A stretch of 53,227 nt of DNA from a phage, in the NCBI GenBank assembly GCA_014161675.1, contig GCA_014161675.1_4760.2. One strand, written 5' to 3'. Every line of letters starts with the position of its first letter. Position 1 is the first letter of the stretch. Below are positions 1 through 8,249 of the stretch, in pieces. Below the pieces are notes generated by a model. It saw nothing but the letters and a program-made list of their open reading frames with translations. It made no database searches and had not been told where the DNA came from. Both the position numbers and the translations under genes were made by a program.

Positions 1-293
1 GTTTCGGATATAGACAATTTTTTAGATATTCGTTTACCTTTACATTGTTTATGAGAACATCTTGTTCCTTTACTTACAAATTTATCTATCGAACATATCC
101 ATTCATGACCATGTTCGCAGATAAGTTTTATTTTTGTTTTGTTTCCTTCCCATTCCCCAACAAAGCCGACAAAAACTAAATTTTCTGTTTTACATATTTC
201 TAAAATTTTACCATAAAAATCTGTTGGGCTTTTCGCTCTACAATTATGTTTCTCCTTAGTCCATTCAATTTCATGCGCTTGACGTACTAACAT
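1..293 (-). CDS. Partial CDS (3' end runs off window): Cys/His-rich hypothetical protein downstream of gene 32
   Basis: Minus-strand ORF absent from the supplied track because it has no stop inside the window. ATG at 291-293 is preceded by GGAGGAT. Translation begins MLVRQAHEIEWTKEKHNCRAKSPTDF and contains ICEHGHEWICSIDKFVSKGTRCSHKQC, a zinc-ribbon-like Cys/His spacing. Confidence 0.35.
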   Translation of the reverse strand, partial: MLVRQAHEIEWTKEKHNCRAKSPTDFYGKILEICKTENLVFVGFVGEWEGNKTKIKLICEHGHEWICSIDKFVSKGTRCSHKQCKGKRISKKLSISE

Positions 294-374
294 ATTTTTA
301 TCCTCCATTGTTTCGATGTGTGCATTATACATTACCACATAAGCATGTCAACACCTTTTCATAAAATTTTAGGC

Positions 375-402
375 AATAAAAAAGCCTCCCCGGAGGGAGG
401 CT
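375..402 (-). terminator. Rho-independent terminator after gene 32
   Basis: Minus strand reads AGCCTCCC-TCCG-GGGAGGCT followed by TTTTTTATT, immediately downstream of the gene 32 stop at 413. Confidence 0.8.
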
Positions 403-412
403 GTAAAATTCA

Positions 413-1387
413 TTACATACCTAACAGAGCGTCAAGATCATCCAGATCAGAAGCGGAGGAAGTACCGCCACCCAGGTCCAGAGATGCCATCAGGTCATCA
501 GCGGAAGAATCTAACGCCGTGCTAGCTGCGTTAATACCAACTACAGTGCTAGCTGCGGTAGTACCAGCGTCGAATGCATTCATCTGTGCGTCAAAATCGT
601 CAAGCTGGCTGTTAATCGCTGCCGCAGCACTGGAAGCCGCAGCACCAGCTACCATAGACACGCCCATAGTTTTCTTAAATTTGGTTTCCAGTTCGTCAAA
701 CGGTTTAAACTGGCTAGGCGCTACAATCTCACTCAGATCAACCATGTTTTCCATCAGATATTTCTGATATGCTTCGTCTTCAATTTTCGGAAGCTGTGAT
801 TGCTGCATGAAACGAGAATCATCATAGTTCTGGTGTTTATCAACCTTCTTAGCTTTCAGGAGGAAGTTAGCACCGGAGAACACACAAGTTACATCTACCG
901 GAACTTCGCCCATATCGGTATTCACGTTCACCATTGCAACGATCTTATCATAAATTTTCTGACCGAAGCGGAATTTGAATACCTTACCTTCATTTTCTGG
1001 TGCTTGAGGATCTTTCAGTACCAGAATATTTGCGTAGTAAGAGGCTTTACGCTTAATCAGTTGCCATTCGGTTTTATCGGTATTGTACAGGTCTTTTTCG
1101 TTAATATATTTGCACACAGGGCAAGAATCAAAATCACCGTGGGTGCTGGAGCAGTTTTCCCAATACCATTTGCCATTAACTTTGAAGGAATGGTTTACCA
1201 GTTTCACAATCGGCAGACCGTCTTCTGTCTTAGACGGCAGGAAGCGAATCAGGGCTTCACCGTTACCTGCTGCATCAGTCTTAATCTTCCACTCTTTCGG
1301 ATCTTCTTTGGAGAAACCGTTGCCACCTTTCAGTGCGGCCAGTTGAGCTTGCAGTTTGGAAGAATCTTGGCGTTTAAACATATTCAC
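413..1387 (-). CDS. 32: Single-stranded DNA-binding protein gp32
   Basis: 324 aa; recalled T4 gp32 similarity across the core ([38 protein letters not shown]) and an acidic Ala/Ser/Asp-rich C-terminal tail. Confidence 0.95.
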   Translation of the reverse strand: MNMFKRQDSSKLQAQLAALKGGNGFSKEDPKEWKIKTDAAGNGEALIRFLPSKTEDGLPIVKLVNHSFKVNGKWYWENCSSTHGDFDSCPVCKYINEKDLYNTDKTEWQLIKRKASYYANILVLKDPQAPENEGKVFKFRFGQKIYDKIVAMVNVNTDMGEVPVDVTCVFSGANFLLKAKKVDKHQNYDDSRFMQQSQLPKIEDEAYQKYLMENMVDLSEIVAPSQFKPFDELETKFKKTMGVSMVAGAAASSAAAAINSQLDDFDAQMNAFDAGTTAASTVVGINAASTALDSSADDLMASLDLGGGTSSASDLDDLDALLGM

Positions 1388-1417
1388 TATTCCTTCTTTT
1401 GATTAATTTACTAGACT

Positions 1418-1445
1418 ATTATACAGATTTAAATTTACTTGTCAA
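1418..1445 (-). promoter_or_regulatory. Sigma70-type promoter upstream of gene 32
   Basis: Minus strand TTGACA (1440-1445), 16-bp spacer, TATAAT (1418-1423); followed by an AU-rich leader and the gene 32 start codon. Confidence 0.5.
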
Positions 1446-2122
1446 CTATTTGTTTCGGCTTTTAATTGAGATATTTCTTTACACTCTTTAACTACTTTAA
1501 CAAATAATGCTCTTGCTTTTGCGGCGTCAATAACAAGTAGTTTCTTGTACGCCTTCATTTTAACACTATAAGTTTGCCAAATCAAGTCTTTGGCTACCTT
1601 GTCGTGTTCGTCGATTATATTTAGAAAGCTATCTAACAACATAAACGACTCAAACGATATAATCCGATTTTGCAGTAGTTTAAAAATACCGCTTGTTTCG
1701 GTTGCGGGATTATATGTAATTAGCTCTTTAAGAGTAACCCCGCGTTTCTCGGAGAAGTATACCAGACTTTTAATGTCATCGTCAAATCGTGTTGCTGCAT
1801 CGGTTATCTTTCCTATGTATTCCATATAAAAGCCGTATGCGTCAACATCAGTGATTTCGCCTACCCATGCATCGGTATTAGCTACCAGATTGCTTAGGAA
1901 TAGGAAGTATAATTCTCTTAGATTGTATTTTTCCGCTAATTTAGCGAAATAATACTTATCTCTGCGTTTATTGAATGCGGCATCAGATAACCGCATCCTC
2001 CAATTATATTTTACGCAATCATAACGCCCGTTCATGTGAGCTTTCATCATGCAATATAACATATACACAGATTTAGCATTAATTCGCATATCTGGATCTG
2101 GAGGAAGACGGTTTCTGATCAT
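1442..2122 (-). CDS. 59: Helicase loader gp59
   Basis: 226 aa; recalled T4 gp59 similarity (KYNWRMRLSDAAF, NKRRDKYYF, IISFESFMLLDSFLNIID); located between 32 and 33 as in T4. Confidence 0.9.
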   Translation of the reverse strand: MIRNRLPPDPDMRINAKSVYMLYCMMKAHMNGRYDCVKYNWRMRLSDAAFNKRRDKYYFAKLAEKYNLRELYFLFLSNLVANTDAWVGEITDVDAYGFYMEYIGKITDAATRFDDDIKSLVYFSEKRGVTLKELITYNPATETSGIFKLLQNRIISFESFMLLDSFLNIIDEHDKVAKDLIWQTYSVKMKAYKKLLVIDAAKARALFVKVVKECKEISQLKAETNS

Positions 2123-2131
2123 ACATACCCC

Positions 2132-2401
2132 TTAAATATCGAGAGTGTTGGTCGGTTCGTCGATCACTCCCTTCCTGAGTGTTCTATTTACTATACATTC
2201 TTGTGTGATCTTGTCAATAATGGACACCGGAATATACTTCTGATAGTGACCATATTCTATAGAGTTTTCCTCTACAAACTGAGTGGTCGCTTCAAGATAA
2301 GTCAATCCCTCTTCAACAACCAGTTTTTCGATTGCAAGACCGTTTGCTGTTTTGTTCGCGGCTTTTACCGCATGTTCATTAAGCATTGAACACCCGATCA
2401 T
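2132..2401 (-). CDS. 33: Late transcription co-activator gp33
   Basis: 89 aa; recalled T4 gp33 similarity (IEKLVVEEGLTYLEATTQFVEENSI); T4 position after 59. The start may be the internal Met at 2386, which would remove the overlap with dsbA. Confidence 0.75.
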   Translation of the reverse strand: MIGCSMLNEHAVKAANKTANGLAIEKLVVEEGLTYLEATTQFVEENSIEYGHYQKYIPVSIIDKITQECIVNRTLRKGVIDEPTNTLDI

Positions 2402-2654
2402 AGAGTTCTACTGCTTCATCGCGTTCTGCTTCGAAGGTTTCGCGCTGTTGCTGGTGATACAGTTTAAACAGAATGCCCCACATTTTACCATCTACGCCTA
2501 ATTCTTCTTTAGCACGCTGTTTGATCTCTTTGATCTTATCGCCGTATGCTTCTTGAATGGTTTTCTGATCGCTGGCTTCTTTAATCAGTTGTGCCAGGGT
2601 ATTTCCGTGTACATTTTCGTCAAATACTACTTTTTCTTTTTTCTGTTCAGTCAT
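2379..2654 (-). CDS. dsbA: dsDNA-binding protein DsbA-like
   Basis: 91 aa, lysine-rich and helical; size and position between 33 and rnh match T4 dsbA. Sequence identity not verified from memory. Confidence 0.55.
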   Translation of the reverse strand: MTEQKKEKVVFDENVHGNTLAQLIKEASDQKTIQEAYGDKIKEIKQRAKEELGVDGKMWGILFKLYHQQQRETFEAERDEAVELYDRVFNA

Positions 2655-2658
2655 AATA

Positions 2659-3255
2659 TTAACCCTCTTTCGTCATTAATTGAAAACCACGTTCAGCTTT
2701 TGAAATTTCGCTAGGACTTAAATCGTCACCAACATATTCTAGCATCATTTCTCGGATAATGTCAAGTGCTTTTTCATCACCTGATTTTAACTCGAACTCA
2801 AGTTCATAGTGAGCCTCTCCCATTCTTTCGCCGACTTTGCAATAATAGAAAGTGTCTTTGCACATTTCCACTATAGCACCCTCAAGGTCAAGTGTCAATG
2901 ACTTGCGGTATGTCATTACTTGCAATAAAGGAACGATAAGGTCGGAGTTTACGCCTAGACTATCAACATAATGATAGAAATCATCCATTGTTGAAACAGT
3001 AATTTCTTCTCGGTTGAAGAGTCCAGATTCACTATCACCTATTTTGACCATGATCAATGATCTATTAACGTCAAGTCGAGCATAAATTCCTTTTCGACGC
3101 AGTGCATGATCTTCGGTATCATAATAAAATTCGTGTTTTAGAGTGTTAGCACGATCTACTAGATTGTATCCGTCATACATTGCTACCCACAAATCACAGA
3201 TTGTTTCGACGCCAATTTGTGAGTGTGCATAGTATTTTAATTCAAGTTCTTTCAT
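2659..3255 (-). CDS. CYTH-domain (triphosphate tunnel metalloenzyme) protein
   Basis: 198 aa carrying CYTH hallmarks in order: N-terminal ExExK (ELELK), EFYYDTED...LRRKG...RLD, NREEITV, TYRKSL, and acidic strand YELEFEL. No gene occupies this dsbA-rnh position in T4. Confidence 0.8.
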   Translation of the reverse strand: MKELELKYYAHSQIGVETICDLWVAMYDGYNLVDRANTLKHEFYYDTEDHALRRKGIYARLDVNRSLIMVKIGDSESGLFNREEITVSTMDDFYHYVDSLGVNSDLIVPLLQVMTYRKSLTLDLEGAIVEMCKDTFYYCKVGERMGEAHYELEFELKSGDEKALDIIREMMLEYVGDDLSPSEISKAERGFQLMTKEG

Positions 3256-3265
3256 ATATCAACCC

Positions 3266-4213
3266 TTAGAACTCACCAATTTTCTGCAACATTTTAACTA
3301 ACGCATTTGTTACAAAATAGTTATAAATTTTACCGCGTGGTGCTGGTTTAGATTTCTCCCATGCTAACAAAATTTCATATTCGATGTTATCAGGAATAAA
3401 TTCAAAATCAATAAGTTCGCGGTTTTCGTCAAAGCGTCGTGCTTCTTCCTCTGTCATCAAATACTTTGGATCTTCGGCATCGAAAATTTGCTCTAACCAT
3501 TTGGTTGCAATTGGTTTAGCTCGTTCTCCTTCCAGTCGTGAGATAATGAAATCACTACGGCACTTGATCGAAGCTACACCGTCTTTTGCGTCACCCTTAA
3601 CACATTTTACCATAAGGTCTTTGTAAGGGCTACCATATTTGCATTTCTTCCATGCTTTCTGTACTGGTGCCCACTGTTTCACATTTTTGTATTTGTGCAA
3701 CTGTGTGTAGTCACCATCGCCGGAGTTGATTAGCACCTGGCGACCTTCTACAGAAAACTTTTTAGTTAATACAGCGATTATATCATCCGCTTCAACTTTG
3801 TCAACCTTAATAACGTGATAAGGCATGTTCTCTTTAAACTCTTCGGTGATCTTATTGATCGCAGCAAAGATCATCTCCCAATCACGCGGATCTGCGTCTC
3901 GTTTTTCCTTACGGTTGCGTTTATAGTAAGGTGCGATATCACGTCGCCAGTAACCTTTGCTTGAATCAAAGGCAAGTACCGTAATTGGGTATTGCTCTTT
4001 GAATTTTGTCATATTATAACGCATGGTGTCAAGAATAAGATGACGGATCATGCCTTCACTAATAGGATCTTCCGGTTTAAAGGTATGCGAGATAGTAGCA
4101 ATCATAAGCTGCGACATATCAATCAAATGCACACCTTCCGGTAGTTTATCTTCTGGATCATCGAAGAAATCATTAAGTGTAGCGGTAGTTTTTGTAAACG
4201 GGTTATACGTCAT
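3266..4213 (-). CDS. rnh: RNase H (5'-3' exonuclease / flap endonuclease)
   Basis: 315 aa; recalled T4 RNase H similarity (GYWRRD, YYKRNR, MPYHVIKVDKVEADDIIAVL, SGDGDYTQLHKYKNVKQW, PPRGKIYNYF). Confidence 0.9.
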   Translation of the reverse strand: MTYNPFTKTTATLNDFFDDPEDKLPEGVHLIDMSQLMIATISHTFKPEDPISEGMIRHLILDTMRYNMTKFKEQYPITVLAFDSSKGYWRRDIAPYYKRNRKEKRDADPRDWEMIFAAINKITEEFKENMPYHVIKVDKVEADDIIAVLTKKFSVEGRQVLINSGDGDYTQLHKYKNVKQWAPVQKAWKKCKYGSPYKDLMVKCVKGDAKDGVASIKCRSDFIISRLEGERAKPIATKWLEQIFDAEDPKYLMTEEEARRFDENRELIDFEFIPDNIEYEILLAWEKSKPAPRGKIYNYFVTNALVKMLQKIGEF

Positions 4214-4215
4214 AA

Positions 4216-4401
4216 TTAAGTTCTCTCCACTCTCACAACAACATATTCGCCAAACGAGTTAGATACTTCACGATCATACCCGTATTTCTCCATAACTCGC
4301 AGAATTGCATTGTTTAATTCGGCACGGAAATAATTGTAATCCTTATCAGGGATTCTGTCAACTATCCATTTTGCACCTTCTGACAAATCAACTTTAACCA
4401 T
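4216..4401 (-). CDS. Hypothetical protein (61 aa)
   Basis: ORF preceded by AAAGAGGA; lies in the divergent region between rnh and gene 34. Confidence 0.45.
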   Translation of the reverse strand: MVKVDLSEGAKWIVDRIPDKDYNYFRAELNNAILRVMEKYGYDREVSNSFGEYVVVRVERT

Positions 4402-4439
4402 AATTTATCATCCTCTTTTGTTTCTATCAAGCCTCATTT

Positions 4440-4447
4440 TATAAATA
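4440..4447 (+). promoter_or_regulatory. T4-type late promoter (TATAAATA) for gene 34
   Basis: Exact TATAAATA about 28 bp upstream of the gene 34 ATG at 4476, followed by AAGGAG. Confidence 0.6.
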
Positions 4448-4475
4448 TGAACATACTATAAAAGGAGACCCAATA

Positions 4476-7400
4476 ATGGCAGATTTTTCTCAACATTTCA
4501 AGGCCACATTTGGCTTTGACGCTGGTAATGAAAAGGTCGTCAATGTAGCATTGGCTGATAAGAATGTCAACACCGATGCGGTCAACGTTGAATTTTTCAA
4601 TTACCATAATGGTATTACTCAGTATGACACAACTCGCGGTTATGATCAATACGGAACTACAATCTATCAAAACCGTCCGTATTATGCAAAAGAAGATATC
4701 ACAAAGCCAGCAGGAGATTTTGACCCGACTAAATGGCAAGCACTGCGCACGGACCCACGTTGGGATTATATTGCAGCAACTTCCGGTGATACTCCTTTAC
4801 AGTCTGGCGATTATATCGCAGCAGATGGTCAATTTGCAAACTTGACTTTCTCTATGCCAACTAAACCAGCAGAGGGAGACACTATAACAGTAAAAGATAT
4901 CGGTGGCAAGTGTGGTGTTAACGAATTATCGTTCTTGAGTACAGGACATGAGTTTTACCATAATGGTAATGTGTATAACAGAAAATGGTATTGCACTACC
5001 CCGTATGCAATGAACTATTTCATCTTTGTTCGGAATCGTTGGCATGTTTATCAGACAGGAACAGAGCCACGCGGTGTGTACGCACAGCCAGCGATTGATG
5101 CTATTCAAATGCAGAATGGTGATCAGGTATTTCGTCGTAGTTCGTTGGGTAATATTACCTTAGTGCTTCCTAAGTTTGCCAACAATGGCGACATGATCCA
5201 GACTACAGACCTTGACGGATTAACCGCAACCAACCACGTTACGGTTAAAGTTCATGAGCACGCAGAAGAACAATCAATTGGCACGTCCGGTCTAAAAGAG
5301 ATTATCGGTAAGCGTAGCGGTCATGGTGTATTCATCTTTGACAAGACGGAAAACTTATGGCGTTTGTGGGATGGTGATCAGTCTGTTCGTCTTAAACCGA
5401 TCATCAATGACACTCGCTTGCAACCTAATAGCTATGTTGCTGTATTTGGTGGTCGTGATGTTACTCTGACGCTGCCGACCAATGTCGAGCCGGGTGATCG
5501 TATTCAAGTTTCTATGCAGTATATGCACGGAAACCAGAATTGCCGTATTATCACCGCCACAGAGGATACAAAAATCCTTATGTCGAAAAACATGGTTCAG
5601 TTTCCGAAGCGTAGCGAGTACCCATTCAACGGGACCGACACATGGAAGGAAGTGTCTGAATTGTCGTTCAATGCGGCTAGTGATTATGTACCTTATCTGG
5701 AGTTCTCTTATTCAGAAGGTGATGATGGTAAGAAACATTGGCTGGTAGCACACGCTCATCCGATCGTAGAACGAGTAGATCCGACTCGTAAAGCGCGTGT
5801 CGGTGTAATTGCACTGGCTACCCAGACTGAAACGAATAAAAACCATGAAGAGAATCCTAGCGACGAAGTTGCAGTAACACCAAAAATGCTGGCTAATAAA
5901 ACCGCCAACGAAACTCGACGCGGTATTGCTCGCATTGCGACTCAGGCGGAAACGCATCAAGATACTGGTTCCATCTTCCTGGATGATGTTATCGTTACGC
6001 CTAAAAAGTTAAATGACTGTGTTGCTACCGAAGCCCGTCGTGGTGTGATGGAAATTGCAACCCAGCACGAAACCAATGAAGGTTTAGATGATACCCGCGC
6101 TATTACTCCTAAGAAATTAGAAGAACGTCGCGCTTCCGAAGATCTCGCTGGTATTGCTGAAATTGTTCAGGCTGGCGGTAGTGCTGCCGCTCGACGTGGC
6201 GAAGCTGGTACAGGGATCTATAACATCAACGACCATGTTAAAATTGTTACGCCACAAAACATCAACGAAGTCAAGGCGACCGAAACTTCCCGTGGTGTTG
6301 GCTATCTGGCAACTGACGCGGAAGTGCAAGGGGCTACAGAATCAACCCCGCAAGATGCTTTACTAATCACGACTCGCACGCTAACGAAACGTACTGCTAC
6401 AGAATCGCGTACTGGTATCGCTGAAATTGCAACTCAGGAAGAAACAAACTTAGGTCAAAGTGATAACCATATCATCACGCCTAAAAAGCTGCATACTCGC
6501 CGCGCAACGGAAACTTTACATGGTTTAGCAGAAATTGCAACTCAGACGGAATTTGACGCAGGTCTTGACGATTCTCGCATTTCTACCCCATTGAAGATTA
6601 AAACCTTCTTTGAGAATGCACAGCGTTTGAAAGTAGATCCGACTCAGGGGCTTAACCTTACTGGTGATTTGTGGCAAGGTATCATGATCAGCGGTCTGGA
6701 TGCAACCGAAGACACAAAAGGTGTCGCTAAAGTTGCTACTACTCAGCTTACGGATGCTGGTCAAGATGATACTACAATCATCACGCCTAAAAAGCTGCAA
6801 GGCAAAAAAGCCACCGAAGGTAAAGAAGGCATTATCCGAGTTGGTACTCAAGCCGAAACCGTGGCTGGTATTATGGACAATGTAGCAATTTCTCCGAAGA
6901 ACTTCAAATATGTTGTTCAGACAGAGGATACATGGAAAGCAACCGAAGCGCGTCGTGGCTTCTTGAAAGTTGCTACTCAGGAAAACTGTTTTGTTGGTGA
7001 TAATCTGCAAGGTTCTACTCAAGAACTAGGAAACTACCAGCATGACGGAATTGCTGTTACTCCGAAAGGATTAAACTACGCACTTGCTAATTTCTTACCT
7101 AAGATGGCAACCGCTCAGAATAGTTTGAAATTGGGTAACGTAGAGGCCGCTAAATGGGCGCGTAGAGACATTGACCAGACCATAGAGAGCAATTATACGT
7201 TTAATAAAAACGTTAACGTGAAGGGCGATTTAGAGTGCTTAAAATCTGGTTCCTTTGAAACTCTGTCTGTGACTAAGAACTCGACCGATGTTCCGAGTAA
7301 TGGTCATCTGGTATTGGGTGAGCGTGGAGTTGACGGTCACACCGGAATTACTCTGCATGGCACAACCGCATCGGAAGGCATGAAAAACTCTTGGTCTATT

Positions 7401-8216
7401 ATCGTTGGTGGTACTGGAACAGCGCAAGTTGTTGATAGTGATGCTATCGCTTTCGGTAAAATCAATGATGGTGGAGTCGTTGAGCATTACGCCTTTGCTA
7501 TGAAACACAATGGCGACGCGACAGCATATCGAGACTTTATTGCAGGTCGTAACCTGTATGCGAAACAAGGCGGTTTATACATTGTTGACCAGTCTAATCC
7601 GGCAATGACTCGTTCCCCAGATGGTATGCTGAATATCGGTCACGGTGGAAGTGTTAACATCAAGGCAGGGCATCAAACGTTAACTACAGAGATCGCCGGA
7701 CAGAAGTATCAGATCGTACATGCAGGAAACGCTGACGAAGTTCTTAACCGTCAGTTTGTTAAGAATGCTGGCGATACAATGGTCGGTAAGCTGACTATGG
7801 ATAATGCGCCTATTGTTTCTGTTAAGCATGAAGCTAGCGCGGCAACCGCTCCGGCAATCGGTAACATCGGTTTCTGGAATATGCGAGTTACTACCCAGAA
7901 CATCAAAGAAACTTATCCAGAGAAGAAAAACGGTACTCTGATGCAATGGGGTACTGACGCGGACGGGCTTACCCAGCTTTGGTCCCCTGATGGTACTCAT
8001 AAACATTATATCCGTTCCGGTACTGGTGGTCAATGGACCGCATGGGGTGAAATTTACACCAAACAGAACAAGCCTACCGCTCAGGAAATTGGGGCAGTGG
8101 TTGCCGAAGGTGGTTTGATGAACTCTATGACGGTTCGTGATTGGATCAAAGTTGGTAATGTTAAAATCATCGCCAATAATCTGACTCGTACCGTAGACTT
8201 TATCTGGGAAGACTAA
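4476..8216 (+). CDS. 34: Long tail fibre proximal subunit gp34
   Basis: 1246 aa; recalled T4 gp34 similarity (LPKFANNGD, FPKRSEYP, repeated ITPKKL / GIAEIATQ modules, C-terminal IGAVV...DFIWED). Confidence 0.93.
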   Translation: MADFSQHFKATFGFDAGNEKVVNVALADKNVNTDAVNVEFFNYHNGITQYDTTRGYDQYGTTIYQNRPYYAKEDITKPAGDFDPTKWQALRTDPRWDYIAATSGDTPLQSGDYIAADGQFANLTFSMPTKPAEGDTITVKDIGGKCGVNELSFLSTGHEFYHNGNVYNRKWYCTTPYAMNYFIFVRNRWHVYQTGTEPRGVYAQPAIDAIQMQNGDQVFRRSSLGNITLVLPKFANNGDMIQTTDLDGLTATNHVTVKVHEHAEEQSIGTSGLKEIIGKRSGHGVFIFDKTENLWRLWDGDQSVRLKPIINDTRLQPNSYVAVFGGRDVTLTLPTNVEPGDRIQVSMQYMHGNQNCRIITATEDTKILMSKNMVQFPKRSEYPFNGTDTWKEVSELSFNAASDYVPYLEFSYSEGDDGKKHWLVAHAHPIVERVDPTRKARVGVIALATQTETNKNHEENPSDEVAVTPKMLANKTANETRRGIARIATQAETHQDTGSIFLDDVIVTPKKLNDCVATEARRGVMEIATQHETNEGLDDTRAITPKKLEERRASEDLAGIAEIVQAGGSAAARRGEAGTGIYNINDHVKIVTPQNINEVKATETSRGVGYLATDAEVQGATESTPQDALLITTRTLTKRTATESRTGIAEIATQEETNLGQSDNHIITPKKLHTRRATETLHGLAEIATQTEFDAGLDDSRISTPLKIKTFFENAQRLKVDPTQGLNLTGDLWQGIMISGLDATEDTKGVAKVATTQLTDAGQDDTTIITPKKLQGKKATEGKEGIIRVGTQAETVAGIMDNVAISPKNFKYVVQTEDTWKATEARRGFLKVATQENCFVGDNLQGSTQELGNYQHDGIAVTPKGLNYALANFLPKMATAQNSLKLGNVEAAKWARRDIDQTIESNYTFNKNVNVKGDLECLKSGSFETLSVTKNSTDVPSNGHLVLGERGVDGHTGITLHGTTASEGMKNSWSIIVGGTGTAQVVDSDAIAFGKINDGGVVEHYAFAMKHNGDATAYRDFIAGRNLYAKQGGLYIVDQSNPAMTRSPDGMLNIGHGGSVNIKAGHQTLTTEIAGQKYQIVHAGNADEVLNRQFVKNAGDTMVGKLTMDNAPIVSVKHEASAATAPAIGNIGFWNMRVTTQNIKETYPEKKNGTLMQWGTDADGLTQLWSPDGTHKHYIRSGTGGQWTAWGEIYTKQNKPTAQEIGAVVAEGGLMNSMTVRDWIKVGNVKIIANNLTRTVDFIWED
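5868..7030 (+). repeat. Intragenic tandem repeat array in gene 34 (about 9-10 units of about 38-40 codons)
   Basis: Repeated protein unit TE.RRG.A.IATQ.E...G.DD..I.TPKKL. At DNA level an exact 23-nt copy ATCATCACGCCTAAAAAGCTGCA occurs at 6471-6493 and 6777-6799, with further GAAATTGCAAC(T/C)CAG copies. Confidence 0.8.
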
Positions 8217-8221
8217 TTAAA

Positions 8222-8244
8222 GGGGGCGAAAGCCCCCTATGGGG
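8222..8244 (+). promoter_or_regulatory. GC hairpin with GAAA tetraloop at the 34/35 junction, with an alternative pairing that could mask the gene 35 ribosome-binding site
   Basis: GGGGGC-GAAA-GCCCCC immediately after the gene 34 stop; the CCCCC arm can instead pair with the GGGG 6-9 nt upstream of the gene 35 ATG. No U-tract follows. Confidence 0.4.
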
Positions 8245-8249
8245 TTATT

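Noticed and set aside
318-1402. Plus-strand track ORFs 318..767, 800..1402 and 1083..1346
   Set aside because: They lie antisense within gene 32, whose identity is strongly supported; they have no ribosome-binding sites and low-complexity translations.
4434-8033. Minus-strand track ORFs inside gene 34 (for example 4434..4739, 6525..7022, 7680..8033)
   Set aside because: Antisense shadows of a well-supported 1246-aa tail-fibre gene.
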